Assembly: GCA_963706025.1 (NCBI GenBank)
Contig: CAVPLM010000024.1
Coordinates: 1 to 13,475, forward strand
Direction of reading: 5' to 3'
Length of the DNA: 13,475 bases
Source: an uncultured Actinomycetes bacterium
Lineage (GTDB): Bacteria; Actinomycetota; Thermoleophilia; RBG-16-64-13
The translations under genes were made by a program, and so were the position numbers. Within the stretch, counting starts at the first letter, position 1, and every line of letters starts with the position of its first letter. The notes below the pieces were generated by a model. That model was not told the origin of the DNA. It worked only from the letters and a program-made list of their open reading frames with translations, and ran no database searches. This document shows positions 1-6,070 of this stretch, one piece after another.

Positions 1-2
1 TG

Positions 3-1319
3 TGGGCCATCCTCCTCCTGCCCACATTGGGCGTGGCATACCTCCTCACCCGCTCCATCACTTCGCCGATCGAACGTCTGCAGCACATGACCGCGCGGGT
101 GGCAGCGGGTGAACTCGGGTATCGGACCAGCATCCGGACGAAGGATGAGTTGGGAGAGTTGGCCCAGTCTCTGAACAGTATGGCCGCCCAGCTCGAGATC
201 CGGGCGGGGCAGCTCGGGGCCGAGATGGAGCATTCCGGCCAGGTCTTGGCAGCCATGAGCGAGGGGGTCCTGCTCATGGACTCCGACGGGCGGCTACTCC
301 GAGGCAACCCGGCCGCGGGGATGATCCTGGGCGTTGATCTGCAGGGCATGGAAGGCCGGCCGCTGGTCTTGGCGGCGCGTTCGTTCCCTGCACTGGCTTT
401 GGCGCGCAAGGCGCAGGAGACCGGCGGAGCCATCACCGAGGTTCTTGAACTACCGGGAGGCCGGCTGTTGTCGGTCGAGGTCATCCCCCTGCAGTCGTCC
501 GAGGTGGGTACCCCGGGCGCGCCCTCTCGGGGCGCGCCCCGTGCCCTCACCGGGCAGACGCTCTTCGTCATCCGGGATGAGACGGCCCGGCGCGCCACCG
601 AACGGATGCGGCGTGACTTCGCCACCAATGTCTCCCACGAGCTCAAGACCCCCCTGGCCGGTCTCTCTCTGCTGGCCGGGACGCTCGGTCACGCCATCCG
701 GGAGGATCCGGAGCAAGCCGAGAAGTTCGTCGAAAGGCTCTCGGCGGAGATAGGACGTCTGACCGAGTTGGCGAACGATCTGTTGACCCTGTCGAGGCTC
801 GAAGAGCCGGAAGTCTCGACCGAGGCCGCTTTTGTGGAGGTCGACCTGGCCCGTCTGGCAGCCGAGACGGCCACCGAAGTGAGACCGCTGGCCACGGCGA
901 AGCACCAGGAGTTGACGGTCGACACGCCGGCGGCTGCCTTGGCGATCGGCGACGAAGTCGCCCTGCGCACCCTCATCCGCAACCTACTCGACAACGCCGT
1001 CCGCTACACCGAGACCAATGGACACATCGCCCTGGCAGTACGTCTCCGGGCCGGCGCCGACGGCCGGGATCGAGTGGTGCTCAGCGTGCGCGACGATGGA
1101 GTGGGCATACCCCAGGCGCACCAGCAACGTATCTTCGAGCGCTTCTACCGGGTGGACAAGGCCCGTTCGCGCGAGACAGGCGGGACCGGCCTCGGCTTGA
1201 GCATCGTGCGGCATGTGGCCGAGCGCCACGGGGGACGAGTCGAAGTGGAGAGCACGGTGGGCGTGGGCTCAACCTTCACGGTGACCCTGCCCGGCGCCCC
1301 GACTATGCCGACCGCCTGA
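3..1319 (+). CDS. phoR: PhoR/SenX3-like sensor histidine kinase (TM-HAMP-PAS-HisKA-HATPase), 5'-truncated by the window edge
   Basis: The frame is open from position 3 (WAILLLPTLGVAYLL, a TM helix), so TTG27 is not the true start. HAMP: SITSPIERL...DELGELAQSLNSMA. PAS: VLAAMSEGVLLMD...NPAA. H-box: RRDFATNVSHELKTPL. N-box: NLLDNAVRYT. G1: DDGVGIP. PhoR-type F/G2 box: RIFERFYRVDKARSRETGGTGLGLSIV. The kinase call is secure; the phoR symbol is less so. Confidence 0.85.
   Translation, partial: WAILLLPTLGVAYLLTRSITSPIERLQHMTARVAAGELGYRTSIRTKDELGELAQSLNSMAAQLEIRAGQLGAEMEHSGQVLAAMSEGVLLMDSDGRLLRGNPAAGMILGVDLQGMEGRPLVLAARSFPALALARKAQETGGAITEVLELPGGRLLSVEVIPLQSSEVGTPGAPSRGAPRALTGQTLFVIRDETARRATERMRRDFATNVSHELKTPLAGLSLLAGTLGHAIREDPEQAEKFVERLSAEIGRLTELANDLLTLSRLEEPEVSTEAAFVEVDLARLAAETATEVRPLATAKHQELTVDTPAAALAIGDEVALRTLIRNLLDNAVRYTETNGHIALAVRLRAGADGRDRVVLSVRDDGVGIPQAHQQRIFERFYRVDKARSRETGGTGLGLSIVRHVAERHGGRVEVESTVGVGSTFTVTLPGAPTMPTA
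499..553. repeat. Intragenic palindromic/hairpin element in the kinase PAS domain
   Basis: The self-complementary 10-mer GGGCGCGCCC occurs twice (515-524 and 530-539), separated by TCTCG. Flanking pairing is GGGTAC (506-511) with GTGCCC (541-546), and GGTG (503-506) with CACC (548-551) as an alternative. Confidence 0.7.
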
Positions 1320-1692
1320 GCCCCGCTCTCCGCGGGCCTGCGGTCTGAGGACGGGGGCGTTTGGTTGTCCAAACGGTCCACGCCGCGCAGAGAATGAGAC
1401 CCCCAGCCCACACCGAGACGGGCAGCCAAAACCACCACCTATCTGGCGTTCGGGCCAGATTCACGATGAAGAGGTTCCAGGCCCCGATCAAGAAGATCAT
1501 GATATGGGCCAACAACCATTCCCGCCGGGTGAGGCGTCCGCGGACACCGGGCTCCTCGTGGGAAGCCTCGGGCGAAGCATCGGTGCCCAGCATGTGGGCC
1601 GACTTCTCGTCCGCCAGCAACTGCTGGAGGATCTCGGAACCCATGCACGGCCTGGGACCGGGAGGATCCCTCCGCTCGAGGAGGAACCTCAT
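1303..1692 (-). CDS. 2TM-domain small membrane protein
   Basis: RREWLLAHIMIFLIGAWNLFIVNLARTPDRWWFWLPVSVWAGGLILCAAW fits the 2TM pattern (H...xN...IN...WFxWP...WG.GL..H). The start is uncertain: ATG1692 lies 2 nt after the upstream stop, and ATG1644 is an alternative. It overlaps the kinase 3' end by 17 bp. Confidence 0.75.
   Translation of the reverse strand: MRFLLERRDPPGPRPCMGSEILQQLLADEKSAHMLGTDASPEASHEEPGVRGRLTRREWLLAHIMIFLIGAWNLFIVNLARTPDRWWFWLPVSVWAGGLILCAAWTVWTTKRPRPQTAGPRRAGLRRSA
1320..1370 (+). terminator. Possible imperfect intrinsic terminator of the kinase gene
   Basis: Directly after the TGA at 1319, GCCCCG/CTC/CCGCG can pair with TGCGG/GAG/CGGGGGC as a bulged stem, followed by GTTTGGTTGT. 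Confidence 0.3.
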
Positions 1693-1694
1693 AG

Positions 1695-1940
1695 TCAGGC
1701 GGCCACCCGGGCCGACTCGTCCATCTCGAGCACTGGCGCAGCTGGGTCCGAGACCTCGGCAATACTCCCGACCGCGACCTCAGCCCCACAGCGCATACAA
1801 CCAAATAGACCTGACCCAGCCCTGGCCGGTGCGACCGGCGGCGACCATATACGCAGTGGGGAGCCACAGCAGAAACAGGGCGAATCCGCACCCCACGTTC
1901 TGACCTTGTCCGCCAGAGTGATCTCCACAATCACACTCAC
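1695..1940 (-). CDS. Small zinc-ribbon-like protein (81 aa)
   Basis: GTG start with GGGGAGG 5 nt upstream. Two Cys knuckles, PCFCCGSPL and GCMRCGAEV, about 22 residues apart. The stop is 2 nt before the next minus-strand ORF. Confidence 0.65.
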   Translation of the reverse strand: MSVIVEITLADKVRTWGADSPCFCCGSPLRIWSPPVAPARAGSGLFGCMRCGAEVAVGSIAEVSDPAAPVLEMDESARVAA

Positions 1941-1975
1941 CGGAACCTCCCCAGAGTGGGCGCTTCACTACACCA

Positions 1976-2018
1976 ACTCTAGAGAGAGGACGGGGACTGT
2001 GTGTTACCGCGAGGTTAA
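1976..2018 (-). promoter_or_regulatory. Candidate promoter: -10 TAGAGT plus an OmpR/PhoB-type tandem repeat TTAAC-N6-GTAAC
   Basis: The minus strand reads TTAAC(2018-2014)-ctcgcg-GTAAC(2007-2003), an 11-bp period, then TAGAGT (1981-1976) 21 nt downstream. No good TTGACA -35 is present. It lies in the 100-bp gap before the zinc-ribbon gene. Confidence 0.45.
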
Positions 2019-2040
2019 GACAGTGGAAAAACCGTGCACC

Positions 2041-3420
2041 CTAGTCGAGCACATCCAGTATCTCGGCCAGCGACCCTCGCACCGTGTGCTTGGCTATCCT
2101 CTCCAACTCCGGCCACCTGGGCCGGAAGGCGACGGAATTGCCTGCCGCCGCAAGAAGACAGGCGTCGTTCTCGCCGTCGCCGACCGCCAACACTCTCATC
2201 GGGTCCAGACCGGTCTTGTCGCAGAGATGAAGCATGATGTTCAGCTTGCAGTGCTCGTGCTTGGGACAGCCATGCTCATGGACCATGGCCGGCGAGAACG
2301 TGATGTCGCCAGTGGCTCGGCCCTGGCGGAAACGCATCAGGTGGGCTACGCTGAAGTCCGCGAACACTCGGCGCCGCACGGTCTCGGCGGCGATCTGATA
2401 GCTGTCCGTGACTACTCCTACCCGGTAGCCGGCACGGCGGAGCCCGACCACCGCTTCCACGGCCCCTTCGACCAAGGGAAGCTGTCGGGCGACCTCCACA
2501 AAGGTCTCCTGGTACTCACCGGCGAAGAGCGCGGCCAAGCTTCGGGTACGCACCTCCGCGGCCAACGTTGGGTTGCCAAGATACAGTCCCACTTCCTGGC
2601 TCCTCCCCGCGGCCTCGGCCAGCTGCTCGATGTAGCGACCATCGACCAGGGTCCCGTCCATGTCGACAAGCGCCAGCTTCTCGGTCAGCCCAAGCCGCGA
2701 GGATACAAGCGAGAACTCAGCCTCGGCCCTACGTTCGACTTCTTCGACCTCGCGGACTTGCGAGATGTTCAGCTTGTCATAGCGCCAAGCCCGGTCCATT
2801 ATCACCCGGACGACCTGCTTGGCCATATCACCGAGCACTTCGAGGGGGTGACTGTCGTGCTCGACCCAGCCGATGTTGACCTCTTCGATGCGCGCCTCTT
2901 TCGCGTTGGCGTCGAGGATCAAGCCAATATCGACCCCGTAGTCGGGCTCAAAGGACAGCTTCCGAAGCAGCCGACGCCGGGCCGCTATAACCCCGCCCAG
3001 AGGCTGGCGAAGTTCCGCGATCTCGGGAAAGAACAGACTTAGAAGCGGTCGGGCGGTGAGAGTGGTGACTTGCCCGGCCCTTCCAGAGAAACCGGCCTTG
3101 ACGAAATCGGCCCGGCCGGCGACGAGGGGCTCTACCAGTCTGGTGATCAGGTCGGGGTGAAGATCGACCAGGTCGCCGTCAAGATAGACGATCAACTCGC
3201 CGGCAGAAGCCCCCAGGCCGTCTTCCATCGAGGCTCCCTTGCCGAGGAAGGTGCTGGTGATAACAGTCGCTCCTGAAGCCTTCGCCAGTTCCGGAGTCTC
3301 ATCGATGGAGCCGTCGTCGACCACGATCACCTCGTCCACACCAGGCGAGCCGAGAGCAAACTCGACCAGGCGACCGATGGTGCTGGACTCGTCGACGACG
3401 GGGATGACGACCGAGATCAT
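2041..3420 (-). CDS. Bifunctional glucosyl-3-phosphoglycerate synthase-like glycosyltransferase (GT-A) / HAD-IB SerB-like phosphatase, 459 aa
   Basis: Start revised to ATG3420 (AAAGGAG 5 nt upstream; MISVVIP). GT part: VVDDGSIDET, GKGASM, DGDL (DxD), VKA...GQVTTLTARPLL..FFPE....QPLGG..AARR.LL..L.F..DYGVDIGLILD and EH, all typical of GpgS/actinobacterial MpgS. HAD part: LALVDMDGTL, VVTDS, Lys in HCKL, AVGDGEND. Confidence 0.85.
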   Translation of the reverse strand: MISVVIPVVDESSTIGRLVEFALGSPGVDEVIVVDDGSIDETPELAKASGATVITSTFLGKGASMEDGLGASAGELIVYLDGDLVDLHPDLITRLVEPLVAGRADFVKAGFSGRAGQVTTLTARPLLSLFFPEIAELRQPLGGVIAARRRLLRKLSFEPDYGVDIGLILDANAKEARIEEVNIGWVEHDSHPLEVLGDMAKQVVRVIMDRAWRYDKLNISQVREVEEVERRAEAEFSLVSSRLGLTEKLALVDMDGTLVDGRYIEQLAEAAGRSQEVGLYLGNPTLAAEVRTRSLAALFAGEYQETFVEVARQLPLVEGAVEAVVGLRRAGYRVGVVTDSYQIAAETVRRRVFADFSVAHLMRFRQGRATGDITFSPAMVHEHGCPKHEHCKLNIMLHLCDKTGLDPMRVLAVGDGENDACLLAAAGNSVAFRPRWPELERIAKHTVRGSLAEILDVLD

Positions 3421-3534
3421 TCTGGCTCCTTTCTCACGGCCGAGGGTGCGTCGCGTGAGAGGCGCTCGAGAATCTTGTAGGAGCCTGGGGGACAACCGGG
3501 AATCGGGAGAAGCCGTTACTGCTGCACCGAGATT

Positions 3535-4362
3535 CTATCGCTTCGAACCCTGCAAGGCCAGTATCGCCCCCTGCTCGAAGACCCGGGGGGTGTTGGTGAT
3601 CTGCAGGATCCCTCGGTCGTCCACGGCTACCGATGTGTTGAGACAGCCCCCTTCGGCGGCGGACTGGTAGTTGACCCTCACCGCTGCGGGCCTCAGTAAC
3701 GCGCCCGTCTCATCCACCGCCTCCAGATCGCTCCAGCGCACCGTGACCGACGGAGCATCGCAGTCGGCGAACACCTCCGACCACACGAGGGGGCGGACAA
3801 GGTGTCCGCCTTCGTTGCCGGCATCCACATAGAGGTCGCGGATCAACCGAGATCCGCCCGCGGCCACGTCGGTCACCTCTGCGCGCCACGCCCCCGGCTG
3901 GTCCGGCGAGCGAAAGATTCGAAGACGATACGGGCGGCCTGGCTCCCAGGAGTATCCAAGTGTGTGGGGATCGTCGGGGAAGCCTGGCAGATCGGAGATC
4001 GAACCAGAGAGTATCCCGCCCCCGTCCTCTTGCGACGCATATCCGCCCCAATTCACGGCGGTGTACCCAGGGTAACGCCGGTTCCACTGCAGGCCGGTAT
4101 GAGCGCCCCCGCGGAAACGGTCCCCTGCGAGGAAGTCCACCTGCAGGGCCCAGAAGTAGAGGGCCGGCACTTGGGGAGGGACCACGATCTCGAGCACGGC
4201 CGATACCTCGACCAGCCGGGCCGACCGCGCCGCTGCGGGCAGCTCCCAGACGAGATGGAACGAGGAGGCCCCGTTCGGCGAGCGGGGCGGGCCCGCTTCG
4301 CGCGGCCCGCCGCCACCTACCATGGCCGCAAGATTGCGCAGAGTGTCTGTCCATCTCGACAT
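3535..4362 (-). CDS. Hypothetical beta-rich protein, DUF3472-like, 275 aa
   Basis: Start revised to ATG4362 (GAAGAGG 6 nt upstream). The sequence is aromatic-rich and globular: YFWALQVDF, GGAHTGLQW, YSWEPGRPYRLRI, WRAEVTD, VWSEVFADC. These resemble the GGYxGLQ / YxWxxGxxY / FxExF motifs I associate with DUF3472. The gene is likely real; the family call is tentative. Confidence 0.6.
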   Translation of the reverse strand: MSRWTDTLRNLAAMVGGGGPREAGPPRSPNGASSFHLVWELPAAARSARLVEVSAVLEIVVPPQVPALYFWALQVDFLAGDRFRGGAHTGLQWNRRYPGYTAVNWGGYASQEDGGGILSGSISDLPGFPDDPHTLGYSWEPGRPYRLRIFRSPDQPGAWRAEVTDVAAGGSRLIRDLYVDAGNEGGHLVRPLVWSEVFADCDAPSVTVRWSDLEAVDETGALLRPAAVRVNYQSAAEGGCLNTSVAVDDRGILQITNTPRVFEQGAILALQGSKR

Positions 4363-4483
4363 GGGCGCCTCTTCGTGGGATCTAGAGGGCGAATCGCATC
4401 GGCCCTGCGCCTCACCGCGGGATCGCCACATTCTTACCCCGATGAAGATACCGCAAACGCGCCCGGCGGACGTTCGGCGACGA

Positions 4484-4492
4484 TGCTAGGAT
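4484..4492 (+). promoter_or_regulatory. Candidate extended -10 promoter (TGcTAGGAT) for the nucleotidase gene
   Basis: Matches TGnTAnnnT and lies about 83 nt upstream of ATG4576 in the divergent intergenic region. Confidence 0.4.
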
Positions 4493-4575
4493 GGGCGGGG
4501 TCGGCCGGCGCATCCGAGCATGCCCCGCACCGGTCTCACCGGCCACACCTGTCCTATGTCCGATGGGAGGTACAG

Positions 4576-6045
4576 ATGGGCGCTACGCGCAGGTTCACCA
4601 TCCTGCATTCCAACGACATGCACGGGGATTTCTTGGCCGAGCAGGAGGCAGGCGGGGGAGACCTCATCGGCGGCCTGCCCTTGCTCTCCGGTTACATCAA
4701 CAAGGTGCGCGCCGAGGAGGAGAACGTCCTCTACGTGATCTCGGGCGACATGGTGCAGGGGTCGATCATCGACTCCGACTTCAAGGGCACCTCCACCATG
4801 CAGATCATGAACTACCTAGCCCCCGACGTGGTGGCTCTGGGAAACCATGAGGTCGACTACGGCCTGCCGCACCTGCTGTTCCTGGAGAAGATCGCCAACT
4901 TCCCCATCGTCAACGCCAACCTCTACATCAAACCGTTCGAGAAGCGCATGATGCGCCCCTATCACATCGTCTCCAAGGCCGGGTTCGACATCCTCTTCAC
5001 CGGCATCCTCACCGAGAAGGTCATGGACTCCATCAAGCTGGACGAGCTCATCGGTACGTTCGTCACCCTCGAGGAAGCCGGCCTGGAGGTGGGCAAGATC
5101 TGCGACGCCTTCAAGAACGACGACGTCGACCTCACCATCCTCTTGACCCACATCGGTTTCGAGTCGGACAAGGAGCTGGCCGCCATGCTCCGGCCCGAAT
5201 GGGGCGTGGACATGATCATCGGCGGGCACAGCCACACCCTGCTTACCGAGCCCGAGCGGGTCAACGGCATCCTCATCACCCAGGCGGGCACCGGCACCAA
5301 TCAGATCGGCCGCTTCGACATCGTGGTGGACGACGACACCAACTCCATCGTGGAGTCGAAGTGGCAGCTCATCCCCATCGACGAGCACATCGCCGAGCCC
5401 GACCTGCGCATGGCCGAGTTCATCGAGTCCTTCAAGTCGGTGGTCGACCGCAAGTACAGCGTGATCATCACCAAGTTCGCCGAGACCCTCACCCATCCGC
5501 GGCGGGAGGAGGAGACGACGCTCGGAAACCTGTTGGCCGACGCTCTGGCCGAAGGAACGCAGAGCGACGTGGTGCTGCTGGGGGCCGGATCGGTGCGGGT
5601 GCGGGAGATGGGCCCTGCGGTCAGTCTCATGGATTTCGTCTCCTGCTTCCCCTACGACGACTCGCTCACGCGCTACACGTTGAGCGGCGCGGCCCTCAAG
5701 AAGGCGTTTGCTCACTGGATGCGTCCCGAGAACCGCGATGGGGAGGGGGAGTGCTATCAAGTCAACTCCGCCGTCCGAGCAGTCTATTCAAACGCGAGCG
5801 CCGGACTGGTATCGCTTTCGGTGAACGGCATCCCGGTGGACGATGGACAGACCTACACGCTCGTCCTGCAGGGTTACCACGCCAAGAACGCCGAGCCGTA
5901 TCTGGATCTGGCGCCGGATGAGCTCACGGCTGCCGGGCCGAGCAAAGTCGCGGCTACCTCAGCTCAGACGGTGCTACGCGAGTGGCTGCTTGCGCACCAG
6001 AACGTGAGCAGCAAGGTCGAGGGACGGTTGGTCTACCAGGATTGA
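4576..6045 (+). CDS. Bifunctional metallophosphatase / 5'-nucleotidase family protein (UshA-like), no signal peptide, 489 aa
   Basis: Start revised to ATG4576 (GGGAGG 5 nt upstream). Calcineurin-like motifs: TILHSNDMHG, SGDMVQGS, LGNHEVDYG, LTHIG, IIGGHSHT. C-terminal domain: ETTLGNLLADA, GSVR, FPYDD. The 258 upstream codons of the 747-aa ORF are mostly antisense to another gene plus intergenic sequence. Confidence 0.9.
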   Translation: MGATRRFTILHSNDMHGDFLAEQEAGGGDLIGGLPLLSGYINKVRAEEENVLYVISGDMVQGSIIDSDFKGTSTMQIMNYLAPDVVALGNHEVDYGLPHLLFLEKIANFPIVNANLYIKPFEKRMMRPYHIVSKAGFDILFTGILTEKVMDSIKLDELIGTFVTLEEAGLEVGKICDAFKNDDVDLTILLTHIGFESDKELAAMLRPEWGVDMIIGGHSHTLLTEPERVNGILITQAGTGTNQIGRFDIVVDDDTNSIVESKWQLIPIDEHIAEPDLRMAEFIESFKSVVDRKYSVIITKFAETLTHPRREEETTLGNLLADALAEGTQSDVVLLGAGSVRVREMGPAVSLMDFVSCFPYDDSLTRYTLSGAALKKAFAHWMRPENRDGEGECYQVNSAVRAVYSNASAGLVSLSVNGIPVDDGQTYTLVLQGYHAKNAEPYLDLAPDELTAAGPSKVAATSAQTVLREWLLAHQNVSSKVEGRLVYQD

Positions 6046-6070
6046 GGCCGTCCACACCCTCGAGGCCGCG

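Noticed and set aside
1361-1930. Alternative ORFs 1361-1903 (+) and 1439-1930 (-)
   Set aside because: Arg/Pro-rich with no motifs. They overlap the better-supported zinc-ribbon and 2TM ORFs.
1504-3042. 512-aa plus-strand ORF
   Set aside because: It lies antisense to the GT-HAD, zinc-ribbon and 2TM genes and has no motifs. Its composition is typical of a high-GC antisense shadow ORF.
3421-3495. Longer start (TTG3495) for the GT-HAD gene
   Set aside because: ATG3420 has AAAGGAG and begins the canonical GT strand ISVVIP.
3802-4575. 258-aa N-terminal extension of the nucleotidase (747-aa ORF)
   Set aside because: It is antisense to the DUF3472-like gene and crosses the divergent promoter region. 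A strong SD supports ATG4576.
4816-5760. 314-aa minus-strand ORF and others inside the nucleotidase
   Set aside because: Antisense shadows of a codon-biased gene.
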